Assembly: GCA_044226015.1 (NCBI GenBank)
Contig: JBGAHS010000008.1
Coordinates: forward strand, 1-64,000
DNA from: Candidatus Obscuribacteraceae bacterium
GTDB lineage: Bacteria > Cyanobacteriota > Vampirovibrionia > Obscuribacterales > Obscuribacteraceae
DNA length: 64,000 nt
Reading direction: 5' to 3'
The position numbers were made by a program, and so were the translations under genes. The first letter of the stretch is position 1, and each line of letters opens with the position of its first letter. The notes beneath the pieces were generated by a model. That model made no database searches. It was not told where the DNA came from and worked only from the letters and a program-made list of their open reading frames with translations. This document shows positions 9,406 to 20,279 of the stretch, piece after piece.

Positions 9406-10731
9406 ATGCTGAGACTTCACATGGCAAGAAATTTCTGGCTCGACAAAATTGCTGTTCTAGAACAGATAGTTTTGCTCGTGTTCGCGATTTGCTTGCCTAT
9501 TTCGCACTCTGTCTGCTCTGTTTTGTGGATTGTAGGCTTCGTCTTGATGCTCGTTAGAGCCTTGATAGAACGCGCAGACAAGAATGAAGCAGAGGCACAA
9601 GACTCTTCCAACAGAGTTGATTCAGCAACTGAGTCGACAGCTCGCTCTTGGACGGACAGACTGCCACCACTTGCGATACCAATCTTTTTACTCACTTTAT
9701 CAATCACCCTATCCGGAGCAATGAACGGCGGAGCAGGCGAAGCATTTCGCTCGTTCCGAAAAATTCTGGAAACGCTTCTTCCTTATTTCTGGGCTTACTA
9801 TACGTGCCGCCGCTATCCTGTGGCACGTGCATCTGCAGTCCTGGCTCTTTTATGGGTATCATCGATTGCGGGAATCTACGGAACTGTTCAACAGATTTTT
9901 GATTACCACCCGACGAAATTCAAGTATCTGCAAGGAACAGGATTTCTTGCTCATCCAATGGCTTTTGCAGGACAGATGCAGGTTTTCAGCATGCTTGCCC
10001 TCGGGTTACTATTGAGTTCTGGCTACAAAAAGCTTTCGGACGACTGCCCAGATTCGCTGCGCTGGATTCTGGCAAACTACGAAAGAATGCCGTTGTTTAT
10101 CATTCTTGTCGCTTGCAATTTTGCAGGTTTATTTTTTGCGCTTGAACGAAGCGCCTGGATAGGCGGAGCCGCCGGAGCAATCGCAATAGCGGCAGTATGC
10201 ACATGGAAATGGGCTTTAGCAGCGGTAATTGGACTCTTCGGTGCTGGTGGAGCCGCTTATGTCTTGAGCCCTGCTGTTGCAGGACGAATCTCAGCTTTAT
10301 TTTCCGGAAACGACCCGAGTGTAAAAGCACGCCTTAAAATTTGGTCGGAATGCATCAACCATTATTTTGCAAGCTCACCAGTGTTTGGAATCGGTTGGTT
10401 GAAATTCCCCCATTTTGATATTCCAGAAGTGATTGTTCCTGGAGTTTCAAAAGACTTAAATCATGCACACAGCAACTACGTGCACTTCTTAACGACAACC
10501 GGCCTTGTTGGACTTTTGAGCTACATCATTTTAGTGTTTTGGACGTTCTCCAGGTCATTGCGATCGTTTTACAGAAATCGTTTACTCGGAAAACAATTCA
10601 CTTCAGGACTCGCACTCGGAGTATTTGGAACGGCTGTTGCTTTAGCAGTATCAGGAATTTTCGAATTCAACTTCGGGGCATCAGTCCAGGTTCGGCTTGC
10701 CCAGTGGTTTGTACTCGCCCTTCTGATTTAA
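9406..10731 (+). CDS. O-antigen ligase-family membrane protein
   Basis: Multiple TM segments, ERSAWIG, SVKARLKIW, PVFGIG, HAHSNY..LTTTGLVG. Confidence 0.85.
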   Translation: MLRLHMARNFWLDKIAVLEQIVLLVFAICLPISHSVCSVLWIVGFVLMLVRALIERADKNEAEAQDSSNRVDSATESTARSWTDRLPPLAIPIFLLTLSITLSGAMNGGAGEAFRSFRKILETLLPYFWAYYTCRRYPVARASAVLALLWVSSIAGIYGTVQQIFDYHPTKFKYLQGTGFLAHPMAFAGQMQVFSMLALGLLLSSGYKKLSDDCPDSLRWILANYERMPLFIILVACNFAGLFFALERSAWIGGAAGAIAIAAVCTWKWALAAVIGLFGAGGAAYVLSPAVAGRISALFSGNDPSVKARLKIWSECINHYFASSPVFGIGWLKFPHFDIPEVIVPGVSKDLNHAHSNYVHFLTTTGLVGLLSYIILVFWTFSRSLRSFYRNRLLGKQFTSGLALGVFGTAVALAVSGIFEFNFGASVQVRLAQWFVLALLI

Positions 10732-10857
10732 GTATTGCATCAGACCGAAAGTCGGTCGTCTTGTAACAGCTGCAGAGGATTGCCTGCTATGCGCTAGTCA
10801 ATTCACTTCGCGTTTGCTTGGAAATATCTGAGCCGAAGACAGCGATAGCAGAGCCAC

Positions 10858-11640
10858 TTAACGGTAAGCATCAATCCATGAGATCTCGCATTCGTTTGTT
10901 TCTTTGAGCAACGCTGAGCATGGAATTGATACGAGGATCTTGCGTTTGTCTATTCGTTTAAATTTCAGTGGAGAGAATCCATTTGACACTCGAGTTAATG
11001 AACTCTTGTTTTCACTTGCCGAGTTAACTGATCCATTTGTATGCTCAATAGACCCGCTAGAGACATTATTAGAGAGTCCTGTGGATGTTACAGCAGATGA
11101 GGTCTTCGAATCTGGGGATCTCGAATCTGAAACTTTCGAATCCTGATTCTTCTGATCTGCTGATTTCAAATCTCCAGTTGAAGTAGCTGGAGAATCTTTG
11201 GATTCTGACGAATCTTCAGACTCGACCCAAGAGGAGGAAGTACCAGCTCCACTGCCTTTTATGTAACCAGAAAAGTTCTTAGACTTGCTCTTAATTGAGA
11301 AATTTTCCAGCAAAGGAAACCCACTCATTTCGACTGAGAGGGTCGCAGGCTTGTAGCCATTTGCAAAAATAAGATCTGCCGAATTTATTCCGCGCTTGTG
11401 CGTCACTTCGACTTTGGCTTCGTTTTTGTGGCAATAAATCGTGCGAATCTGATCATCAGATTCACCACTTCGCCTGGCTTTGCAAATCACGTTTTTCGAT
11501 TCCAATCGTGCTAATGCAGCGCTTGCAATCATGCAGGCTATGACCATTATAAGAGATGCGGCAAGTACTTCCTTGCGACAGCCAACGACCCAGCCTAGAA
11601 GGCTGGGTCGCTTGATGATTTGTAGCGGTCGTTTGTCCAC
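10858..11640 (-). CDS. Hypothetical membrane-anchored protein with a Ser-rich linker
   Basis: N-terminal hydrophobic helix, central S/D/K-rich region; directly follows purH. Confidence 0.6.
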   Translation of the reverse strand: MDKRPLQIIKRPSLLGWVVGCRKEVLAASLIMVIACMIASAALARLESKNVICKARRSGESDDQIRTIYCHKNEAKVEVTHKRGINSADLIFANGYKPATLSVEMSGFPLLENFSIKSKSKNFSGYIKGSGAGTSSSWVESEDSSESKDSPATSTGDLKSADQKNQDSKVSDSRSPDSKTSSAVTSTGLSNNVSSGSIEHTNGSVNSASENKSSLTRVSNGFSPLKFKRIDKRKILVSIPCSALLKETNECEISWIDAYR

Positions 11641-11643
11641 TGC

Positions 11644-13212
11644 TTAGTGCCTGAAGCAACGCTGTCCCGTGAAGAGCATGCAGATGCCTGCTTCATTGCA
11701 AGCTTTGATTACATCCTCGTCTTTAATGCTTCCACCTGGTTGAACAATAACTTTGATGCCGGCTTTAGCAGCTTCAATTATATTGTCTGTTGCAGGAAAG
11801 AAAGCATCGCTAACAAGAACAGCCCCTTTAGCCGTTTCACCTGCTTGAGCCAGCGCATGTTTCACTGACTGAACTCGATTCGTCTGTCCAATTCCAAAGC
11901 CTCTGGATAGACCATCACGAGCCACGAAGATAGCGTTGGAAGTTAGATGGCGAACCACACCCCACGCGAACTCAACATCCTTCTTGAGTTTGGGATCCAA
12001 TTCTGCCTCGGTGACAACGCGGAATGTATCAGCATCTACAGGAGCTTCCAGTTCTTTCTCAACCATGACTCCCATATACTTAAGGTCCTTCACAAAGTGA
12101 GCCGAAACGAAGGTCTCGTTCAACAACTCTTCCGAAACTTCAAGCACACGCAAGTTCTTTTTCTTGGCGAACACTGCCATAGCCTTCTTGTCGTAGGCGG
12201 GAGCAAGAACTATTTCCACGAAGTTTTCGGTGATCTTCTGAGCCAGAGCTTCTGTTACTTCGGAAGTGAATCCGTAAATGCCACCGAATGCAGATATCGG
12301 GTCACAGTCATAAGCTTTCTGGAAAGCCTTCATGATGTCGTCATCAAGTGCAACACCGCAAGGATTGTTGTGTTTGATAATGCAAGCACCAGATCCTTTA
12401 ATAGCACGCAGAATGTTCAGCAGCGCGTATACGTCTGTAATGTTGTTTGATGAAAGGTCTTTTCCCTGCAATTGCTTGAATGGTGGCAATTGATGACCGT
12501 ACAAAGCTGCGTTATCCGGTGATGCATACCAGGCGGCAGCGTGATGAGGATTCTCGCCATAACGGAGGTCCTGAATCTTGTCCAGGCGAAGCAGCATTGT
12601 TTGCGGCATGTAACCAGCAAGTCCATCATTCTGAAGGGTACGAGCCATGTAAGAAGAAATGCTTGAATCATACTGGGCAGTTCGCAAAAAGGCGGCTTGA
12701 GCAAGTTCCTTACGCACACCTTCAGTAAACTTTCCAGCACAGCAATCAAGCGACTCAATGACAAAATCGTATTGCGATGGGTCAGAAATAACGGCGACAC
12801 GAGCAAAATTCTTTGCTGCGGCGCGCAATAGTGTGACTCCACCCACGTCGATTTGCTCTACCATTTCAGCTTCTTTGAGGTTTTCTTGCAGCTTCTTCTC
12901 GAAAGGGTAGAGGTTTACGATAACAATGTCGATTTCTTCAATTTCGTGTTCAGCAAGACAATCCCGATCTTCTTTCGAAGGGCGCGAGAGTATTCCAGCA
13001 AGCACTTTCGGATGCAAGGTTTTGACTCGCCCGGCAAGGATTTCGGGGAATTTGGTCAAATCTTCAACCTTGGTTACCTTGAAGCCTTTTTCGCTCAAGA
13101 ACTTGGCTGTGCTGCTTGTAGCGATCAAGCGCACATCGTCAAACCGTTCTAGCCGTCTGATGAAGTTTTCCAAACCGCTTTTGTCCGAGACGCTTACCAG
13201 GACTGATGGCAT
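11644..13212 (-). CDS. purH: Bifunctional AICAR transformylase/IMP cyclohydrolase
   Basis: SVSDK, GRVKTLHP, IDVGG, LRYGENPH, IKHNNPCG, SDAFFP, QPGGS, RCFRH. Confidence 0.96.
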   Translation of the reverse strand: MPSVLVSVSDKSGLENFIRRLERFDDVRLIATSSTAKFLSEKGFKVTKVEDLTKFPEILAGRVKTLHPKVLAGILSRPSKEDRDCLAEHEIEEIDIVIVNLYPFEKKLQENLKEAEMVEQIDVGGVTLLRAAAKNFARVAVISDPSQYDFVIESLDCCAGKFTEGVRKELAQAAFLRTAQYDSSISSYMARTLQNDGLAGYMPQTMLLRLDKIQDLRYGENPHHAAAWYASPDNAALYGHQLPPFKQLQGKDLSSNNITDVYALLNILRAIKGSGACIIKHNNPCGVALDDDIMKAFQKAYDCDPISAFGGIYGFTSEVTEALAQKITENFVEIVLAPAYDKKAMAVFAKKKNLRVLEVSEELLNETFVSAHFVKDLKYMGVMVEKELEAPVDADTFRVVTEAELDPKLKKDVEFAWGVVRHLTSNAIFVARDGLSRGFGIGQTNRVQSVKHALAQAGETAKGAVLVSDAFFPATDNIIEAAKAGIKVIVQPGGSIKDEDVIKACNEAGICMLFTGQRCFRH

Positions 13213-13266
13213 TGTTTCGTTCTCCTTTCTAGTGCTGCAGGTTCTAACTGAGATTTCTTGATTGAA

Positions 13267-14289
13267 CTATGAATGTTTGTCTTTAAGCACAAAACTTTTG
13301 TCTTTGATAATTATTGTGCCAGCGTCCGAATTGACCTCGCCAATCACCGAAGCCTCATGCCCAGCGGCTTTGAAGCATTCTACGATTTTATTTGCCGCGT
13401 CATCTTCCGCAATCAAAGCTAAGCCCATGCCCATGTTATATGTCTTGTACATCTCTTCTTCTTCAACATTTCTTCCAATAAGTGAGAAGATTTCCGGGAC
13501 TTTAAGCTGCTTTTGAATGCTGAAACCTGCGCTGTCATTCAATCTCAACAGGTTTCTCCAGCCACCACCAGTGATATGAGCGATGCCAGTGATTGCATCT
13601 TTGTACTTAGCAAGGGCATCCATTGTCGGTTTGACATAAATCGCTGTCGGTTGCAGCAACATATGCCAGCGATTCTTAGGAAGAACCTTTCTAGCTAGTG
13701 AAAGCCCGTTCGAATGAATACCACTGGATGCGACTCCGATAAGCTTCTGTCCAGGCTTGATTCTTTCACCAGTAATCAGGCTATCTTTGTGTACTGTTCC
13801 CACGGCAAAACCGGCCAGGTCATAGTGCCCTTCCTCGTAAAGCCCGGGCATTTCTGCCGTTTCGCCACCAGCAAGAATCATACAGGCTCGATCACAGCCC
13901 TCAACAATACCGTCAATAATGTGATCGGAAAGCTTGTCATCGAGCTTACCGACAGCATAGTAATCCAGAAAAATGGTGGGCGTAGCCCCTACACAAATGA
14001 GGTCATTTGCCACCATTGCAACGAGGTCTATACCAATCGTGTTGTAGGTATGAAGTTCATTTGCGACTAAAAGTTTAGTGCCAACACCATCTGTGGTGAC
14101 AGCGACTGCTTGCTTGTCGTTAATCTCATAAACAGAGGCATATCCGCCAGCACCCTTCCAGAGCTTATCGTGAGCGGGTCGCCGCGCAACCTTCTTAATT
14201 CGTTCAACAAATGACTCAGCTTTGTCAATCTGTACGCCTGAGCTGGCGTAAGTTTCTTTCTTAGCAGTCAACCCAGTTTCTCCCGTCAT
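13267..14289 (-). CDS. purM: AIR synthetase
   Basis: YASSGV, TDGVGTK, GIDLVAM, GGETAEMP, SSGIHSNG, AHITGGG, YNMGMG. Confidence 0.96.
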   Translation of the reverse strand: MTGETGLTAKKETYASSGVQIDKAESFVERIKKVARRPAHDKLWKGAGGYASVYEINDKQAVAVTTDGVGTKLLVANELHTYNTIGIDLVAMVANDLICVGATPTIFLDYYAVGKLDDKLSDHIIDGIVEGCDRACMILAGGETAEMPGLYEEGHYDLAGFAVGTVHKDSLITGERIKPGQKLIGVASSGIHSNGLSLARKVLPKNRWHMLLQPTAIYVKPTMDALAKYKDAITGIAHITGGGWRNLLRLNDSAGFSIQKQLKVPEIFSLIGRNVEEEEMYKTYNMGMGLALIAEDDAANKIVECFKAAGHEASVIGEVNSDAGTIIIKDKSFVLKDKHS

Positions 14290-14310
14290 TTCCCAACTCC
14301 TTGTGCGGCG

Positions 14311-15099
14311 TTAGCTATTCAATATGTCCGCCGCGTTTTTCAATATGTGCAGACCATGAGGAGTGTCATTCAAACAATCCTGATAAAGTGCCAGGTCTCC
14401 ATAGCTAGGTCCATACTGCAGCTGTTTCCAAGCTGGGTGTTGATTCCATCGCACGAACGCTTCAGGGTGAGGCATGAGTCCGAGGACATTATCACCCTCG
14501 TTTGTAAGCGCTGCAATCTGATCGAAACTGCCATTCACATCCTGGCTATAACGAAGCGGTGCCTGACGTTTTACTTTAGTTTGCAGAAGCTCTTCGGAAT
14601 CGCTCGCCAGTGTCAACTTGCCTTCGCCATGCCTGATTGGAAGATGTACTGAACTGAGTCCGGAAAAGAAACGACTCTTGCCGCTAACTTCTAGACGCAC
14701 CCACTTGTTGATGAATTTGCCACCGGAATTGTGGCAAAGAGAAACGCTTCTCTCCGCACTTAATCGAGAGTCCGGAAGAATCTCAAGCTGAGCAAGTATT
14801 TGAAAGCCATTGCAAATTCCAATTATCAATTTGTCTCTATCGATGAATCGGTGCAAAGCGTCCTGCAATTTGCCACGCAACTTAACAGCCAAAACTTTAC
14901 CGCTGGCGATTTCATCACCAAAAGAAAAGCCTCCTGGGAAAACCAGCATCGAAGCAGAGTCTAGCTGGCTAGGAGAGTCAAGCAGCTCTACGCAATGAAC
15001 TTTTTCGCTTTCAAGTCCTGCAAGTGAAAGAGCATGAGCCGTTTCGTTCTCACAATTAATTCCGTCACCATAGACAACCAGTGCTTTAGCCTTTTTCAT
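14311..15099 (-). CDS. purQ: FGAM synthase glutaminase subunit
   Basis: GINCE, PGGFSFGD, GICNGFQ, HGEG, MPHPE. Confidence 0.95.
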   Translation of the reverse strand: MKKAKALVVYGDGINCENETAHALSLAGLESEKVHCVELLDSPSQLDSASMLVFPGGFSFGDEIASGKVLAVKLRGKLQDALHRFIDRDKLIIGICNGFQILAQLEILPDSRLSAERSVSLCHNSGGKFINKWVRLEVSGKSRFFSGLSSVHLPIRHGEGKLTLASDSEELLQTKVKRQAPLRYSQDVNGSFDQIAALTNEGDNVLGLMPHPEAFVRWNQHPAWKQLQYGPSYGDLALYQDCLNDTPHGLHILKNAADILNS

Positions 15100-18000
15100 T
15101 AGAGGTCCTCCTCAAAAGGAAGAATGGCTTCCCAGGCGGAGGTAAGGTCCTCCACATCAATTGAGAGAAGCTCTTTCTGATCTGAGTTGACGAATCTCAT
15201 CTTAGGTACGCTCGTCACGCGACCGATTTCGATGCAAGAGAATTCAGCCATAAGTTCCTCAAAGGGTTCTCTATCTTTGGGGTCAACTGTAAGCACGATG
15301 CGCGCGGGGCTCTCTCCGAATAGTGCAAAATCAAGGCGGGTAAGCAACTCGCGACGTAATGGATTCTCATCTCGAATACATGCTGCTGCAGCAGACGAAA
15401 CTCGATGACTGAAAATCAACGCACCCAGATTGCTACCGATACAACATTCTGAGAGTGCCACTCCCAAGCCACCTTCGGACAGGTCGTGTGCAGATTTGAC
15501 CAGCCCTTGCTTCATTGCCAGGTGTACCTGCTTATACATTTGAGCTGCGTTTATGCAATCAATATCAGGTGAGACAGCAGAAGACCATTCCAGAACTTCT
15601 GCCAGCAGCGAGGTATTCAAACCCAGCGCAGCGCCGCTGACTACATAAATCAAGTCATCTTCCGACTTGAATTCCATCGTAATTGCTTTTTCAGAGTCTT
15701 CGATTTTACCCATTGCAGAAACCAGTAAAGTTGGTGGAATTGACAGCCTGATTGTTGAATCATCGAAATCATTTTTCATGCTGTCTTTGCCGGAGATCAA
15801 AGGCGTACCGAAGCTCATAACCGCCTCAGCAAGTCCCTGGCAAGTCTTCACAAGCTGAGCCATTTTACGTTTGCCGTCAACGTTCCGTTCGGAAACAACG
15901 GGGTCTGGCCAGCAGAAGTTATCGAGCAATACTATTGAAGCCGGGTCTGCCCCAACACAAACAGCATTCCTGATTGCCTCATCTACAGCGCAAATTGCCA
16001 TGAGATGTGGGTCAACATCACTGAGTTGCGGACAAAGACCGTTGGAGACAGCAAGTCCCTCTTTGCGCCCCAGAATAGGTGTTATAACAGCAGCATCACA
16101 AGCAGCTTTTTGAGTCGAACCCATCAGCGGCTTCACAACACTGGCACCTTGCACTTCGTGATCATATTGGCGAATAACAGCTTCTCGGCTGCAAACATTG
16201 GGATGAGAAAGTAGATCAAAGAGAATTCCTCTCAAATCTTCAATCTCTTCATCAAGCAAATTCTCAACACGTGGCGGAACCCATTCACTTTCTAACTCTA
16301 GTGTCGGTACACCCTTGTGCAGAAACTCGAGTTCTAGATAAGCTACAGTAGTTCCGTCTCTTGTAATTTTGAAATAGCCGTCGTCAGTAAACTTGCCGCA
16401 ATCTGTACAATCGACATTGAACTTGTCAGCGAGGGCTTTCAGCTCGTCAAAGTTTTTGGTCGAAATGGTCATTCGTTCTTGTGACTCGGAAATCACAATT
16501 TCGTAGTCAGAGAGCCCCGGGTACTTCAGTGGAATGTTTTGCAATTCCATTGTGGCACCACCAGTGATGCGAGCCATTTCGCCAACGGAAGACGAAAGTC
16601 CGCCTGCACCATTATCGGTGATTCCGGTAATCAGTCCTGCATCTCTGGCTTCTAATACGAAATCGAGCACACGCTTTTGAGTGAAGGGGTCACCGATTTG
16701 TACAGCAGTGACGGGTGAACCTTCGTGCAACGACTCAGAAGAGAATGTGGCACCATGAATACCATCTTTGCCGACCTTACCGCCGACCATAACAATATGA
16801 TCATCTGTCTTGGTATGTTTATCAATGCCTGACTTTCCAGCTACTTCGATTGGCAGAATTCCACCGGTTCCACAAAAGACCAGCGGCTTTGCTCTATAGC
16901 CGTCATGAAAACAAACAGCACCATTTACTGTCGGAATGCCACTCTTATTGCCACCATCCTGAACACCTTTTCGCACACCTTGAATTATCGTAATGGGTGG
17001 CAAGAGCTTCGGTCTTTTCGGAAGAATGGAGGATGGGTAAGCGAAACAAAAAACATCAGTATTGAAAATTGGTTTAGCACCCAAGCCCGTTCCAAGAACG
17101 TCTCGATTAACACCGAGAATTCCAGTTAGCGCACCGCCGTAAGGCTCAAGGGCTGATGGTGAGTTGTGAGTTTCAACCTTGAAGCAAACAGCCCATTTCT
17201 CATCCCAACGAACAACGCCAGAATTGTCTTCAAAAACCGAGAGCAAATCATCGCGATTTTTCATCAAGGCATAAGTAGGTCCTTGAATGTAGCTCTTATA
17301 AAGGCTCTTAATGTCGACAGTTTGAGCGCCGGACTTAGTCTTGTCTTTGTGCTTAATGTGCGCATTGAAGATTTTGTGTTTACAATGCTCTGACCAGGTT
17401 TGAGCAATTACTTCGAGTTCTACATCGGTAGGAGCAGACGGCAAATTATTCTGCTTACGCAGCTCGCTCACGTCTGCCCTTTCATAGTGAGCTTTGATAG
17501 CCTTCATCTCTTGCAAATTCAAAGCAAGCAAACGACTGCGACTTAATTCCATCAGAGCTTCATCGTCTAGTTCAAGCGATATTTCCTTGGGCTCAGGACG
17601 CTCGGGCAGATGAACTTGTGGGAAATTGAAGTAACGGTTATACAATCCACTTATGTCGTGAACCTTGAACCTATCCGTCAGCGGATGGAAAAACTTGTAC
17701 ATGCCGCGAGTCTCAATCTCTTGCTGGTCGGCTTCACTTTTGAACTCAAAGAGGTAGCCTGTACCAGAAGCGCATTGAACAGCCGCAGAGACTCCTTTGA
17801 GGTGCAAGGCTTCTTCGACAGTCCTGGCAAGATTGTCTGTCACGCCGGGCAAAAATTGGCATTCAGCAAACCAGCGAAAACCGTCCTGACTCCAGCGAGT
17901 TATCCAGTTTTTTCGCTTCCCGCCAAGTGAGAACCATAGCTCTTCCAGAAGCGGGTCGATCAGAACTTCTTCAAGGGCTTTGCCCAGTGCTGACTCCGCA

Positions 18001-18170
18001 AAGTTTTCATGGCTGAGTTCATCATGTCCTTGAATCCAATAAATGGGAAACTGCACCACTGGTGCGTCAATACGAAAACCTGCTTTCGGAATGACTGCAA
18101 GGCAAATCACCTGGCTCTGAGCGCCCTCGCCAGTGTCATTAGAGCTAAGCGCCTTACTTGCCAGATTCAT
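15099..18170 (-). CDS. purL: FGAM synthase subunit PurL with N-terminal extension (probably PurS-like)
   Basis: QTWSEHCKH, ETHNSPS, DNGAGG, SESQERM, QYDHEVQ, DNFCW, SGKDSM, HDLSEGG; about 200 extra N-terminal aa containing LPGVTDN. Confidence 0.93.
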   Translation of the reverse strand: MNLASKALSSNDTGEGAQSQVICLAVIPKAGFRIDAPVVQFPIYWIQGHDELSHENFAESALGKALEEVLIDPLLEELWFSLGGKRKNWITRWSQDGFRWFAECQFLPGVTDNLARTVEEALHLKGVSAAVQCASGTGYLFEFKSEADQQEIETRGMYKFFHPLTDRFKVHDISGLYNRYFNFPQVHLPERPEPKEISLELDDEALMELSRSRLLALNLQEMKAIKAHYERADVSELRKQNNLPSAPTDVELEVIAQTWSEHCKHKIFNAHIKHKDKTKSGAQTVDIKSLYKSYIQGPTYALMKNRDDLLSVFEDNSGVVRWDEKWAVCFKVETHNSPSALEPYGGALTGILGVNRDVLGTGLGAKPIFNTDVFCFAYPSSILPKRPKLLPPITIIQGVRKGVQDGGNKSGIPTVNGAVCFHDGYRAKPLVFCGTGGILPIEVAGKSGIDKHTKTDDHIVMVGGKVGKDGIHGATFSSESLHEGSPVTAVQIGDPFTQKRVLDFVLEARDAGLITGITDNGAGGLSSSVGEMARITGGATMELQNIPLKYPGLSDYEIVISESQERMTISTKNFDELKALADKFNVDCTDCGKFTDDGYFKITRDGTTVAYLELEFLHKGVPTLELESEWVPPRVENLLDEEIEDLRGILFDLLSHPNVCSREAVIRQYDHEVQGASVVKPLMGSTQKAACDAAVITPILGRKEGLAVSNGLCPQLSDVDPHLMAICAVDEAIRNAVCVGADPASIVLLDNFCWPDPVVSERNVDGKRKMAQLVKTCQGLAEAVMSFGTPLISGKDSMKNDFDDSTIRLSIPPTLLVSAMGKIEDSEKAITMEFKSEDDLIYVVSGAALGLNTSLLAEVLEWSSAVSPDIDCINAAQMYKQVHLAMKQGLVKSAHDLSEGGLGVALSECCIGSNLGALIFSHRVSSAAAACIRDENPLRRELLTRLDFALFGESPARIVLTVDPKDREPFEELMAEFSCIEIGRVTSVPKMRFVNSDQKELLSIDVEDLTSAWEAILPFEEDL

Positions 18171-18862
18171 TGAACCTCCATCAGTTTCTTAGAAGCGGTT
18201 TCATTGGTTGATTTGTTAGCAACGCCGCCCGATGTAGCGGCGGAATCTTTGCGTTTGCTACTGAGAATTTTGATGCCATTGCTGGCAATGTCTTGCAAAA
18301 CTTTAGGGAAAAGCTGATGCTCTAAAGCCAAACCGCGAGCCTTGAAGGTCTCGATATCATCATCATCAAGACGCGAAAAAGTCTCTTGAGCCAGAATAGG
18401 ACCGTGATCAACCTTTTCATCAACAAGATGCACGGTGATACCCGCTACTCTGACACCATAATCAAAGGCATCCTCATACCCATGCGCTCCTGGGAACGCC
18501 GGCAATAGTGAGGGATGAATGTTTATTACTTTATAGATGTCTTTCGAGTCATCCTTAAACGCATGCAAAAAGTTCCAAGAAAGAATGCGCATATATCCAG
18601 CCAAAATCACATAGTCGATATGACCACACTCCTGCAAAATTTGCAGCACCTGGCGCTCATGGTGTTCTCGAGGAATTCCTTTGTGAGAAAGCGATGCTGT
18701 TTTGATGCCTCTTTTTTCTGCATTGCGAAGTGCAAGAGCATCAGCATTGTTTGAAAAAACAACCGCGACTTCAGCGTCCAGCTTTCCTTGCTCGATCGCG
18801 TCAAGGATGGCGTTCATGTTTGAGCCGCGGCCTGATACCAGAATGGCTAGTCTTAGGGGCAT
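18167..18862 (-). CDS. purN: Phosphoribosylglycinamide formyltransferase
   Basis: SGRGSNM, LAGYMRIL, INIHPSLLP, GITVHLV..VDHGPI. Confidence 0.96.
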   Translation of the reverse strand: MPLRLAILVSGRGSNMNAILDAIEQGKLDAEVAVVFSNNADALALRNAEKRGIKTASLSHKGIPREHHERQVLQILQECGHIDYVILAGYMRILSWNFLHAFKDDSKDIYKVINIHPSLLPAFPGAHGYEDAFDYGVRVAGITVHLVDEKVDHGPILAQETFSRLDDDDIETFKARGLALEHQLFPKVLQDIASNGIKILSSKRKDSAATSGGVANKSTNETASKKLMEVQ

Positions 18863-20229
18863 CCTGAGAGAGTCCTCCGCCCAATGTCTTTCCTGTAAGC
18901 CATATCTTTGAATGAAACTCCTTTGATGCCCTCATAAGCATGCTCAATGGCTTCATTCAAACTTCTTCCCAGAGCGGTGACACCAAGAACACGCCCACCA
19001 GCACTCAATAAGCGATTGCCATCAAGTTTGGTGCCTGAGTGAAAAATGAGGGTGCCGTTCTTAGACTCGCTAAGGCGAATTTCTTCGCCACGAGACGACC
19101 CTTCGGGATAAGCATCAGCACATGCAATAACGCAACAGGCTGCGCTGTTCGACCAGCTAATGTTTTGCTCGGCCAGAGTGCCATCAGTGCAAGACCAAAG
19201 AATTTGCAGGAGATCGCTTTCCAAAAGAGGCAGTACCACCTGAGTTTCAGGGTCACCGAATCTGGCATTGAATTCAAGCACGTACGGCTTGAGCTTGCCC
19301 GGGCTCCTGTGCTCACCATGCATTCCTTCGCTAACCACCAGAATGCCCACATACAGTACGCCTTTGTATCGCAGGCTACCATTTTCCAGAGCCTTTCTCA
19401 GCGGAGCGAGAATTTCACTTTCAATAGATTCTCTGCAACGCGCATAAAGATCTACCGGTGCAAACACACCCATTCCGCCGGTGTTGGGTCCCTTATCGCC
19501 ATCATAACGGCGCTTGTGGTCTTGTGAGGCTGGCATTGGAACCAATGTCTTTCCATCGCAGAACATCAACAGAGAAACTTCTTCTCCAATTAATCGTTCC
19601 TCAAGTACAACTTTCTTGCCCGACTCTCCGAAACGATTTTCGCGGAATATGATTTGCAAAGCGTCTCTAGTTTCCGTCTCGTTGTCGCAAACAAAAACGC
19701 CTTTGCCGAGTGCCAGTCCATCGACCTTAACTACACGCGCCCAATCATTTCCGCGAATAAAATCTACGGCATCTTCGTGCGAGTCGAGAGTGACGTGACG
19801 TGCAGTAGGAATGCCATGTATGACCATGAATTCTTTTGCGTAGGCTTTACTCGACTCAAGTTGAGCTGAAGCTTGCTTGGGACCAAAAACTCTAAGACCG
19901 GCATCTTCCAGAACATCCACAATGCCGTCAGCCAAAGGATTATCAGGTCCAATAACCACAAGATCAATCTGCCGGTCTTTAGCAAATTGAGCGACGGCAG
20001 GGAAATCAGATGCATTCAAATCACGCACATTCACTTCGCGCGAAGAACCATCTGATGAACTAACAGTAATTGATTCAAAATTCGTAGTTTTCGGAAGCGA
20101 AGCCGTGCCACCATTGCCGGGCAGGCAGAGTAACTCTTGCAAAAGCGGGCTCTGCGTAAGCTTCCAGCAAATGGCATGTTCGCGGCCGCCAGCGCCTATT
20201 ACCATCACATTCACCGGTCTATCGATCAC
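18853..20229 (-). CDS. purD: Phosphoribosylamine-glycine ligase
   Basis: GAGGREHA, PGNGG, KVDGLALGKGV, QDHKR, GPNTGGMG, EFNARFGDPE, GGRVL. Confidence 0.96.
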   Translation of the reverse strand: MIDRPVNVMVIGAGGREHAICWKLTQSPLLQELLCLPGNGGTASLPKTTNFESITVSSSDGSSREVNVRDLNASDFPAVAQFAKDRQIDLVVIGPDNPLADGIVDVLEDAGLRVFGPKQASAQLESSKAYAKEFMVIHGIPTARHVTLDSHEDAVDFIRGNDWARVVKVDGLALGKGVFVCDNETETRDALQIIFRENRFGESGKKVVLEERLIGEEVSLLMFCDGKTLVPMPASQDHKRRYDGDKGPNTGGMGVFAPVDLYARCRESIESEILAPLRKALENGSLRYKGVLYVGILVVSEGMHGEHRSPGKLKPYVLEFNARFGDPETQVVLPLLESDLLQILWSCTDGTLAEQNISWSNSAACCVIACADAYPEGSSRGEEIRLSESKNGTLIFHSGTKLDGNRLLSAGGRVLGVTALGRSLNEAIEHAYEGIKGVSFKDMAYRKDIGRRTLSGCP

Positions 20230-20279
20230 TTCAGCTCTCCCCTCACTTCAAAATCTGACACCATAAGAATTTTTTGCAT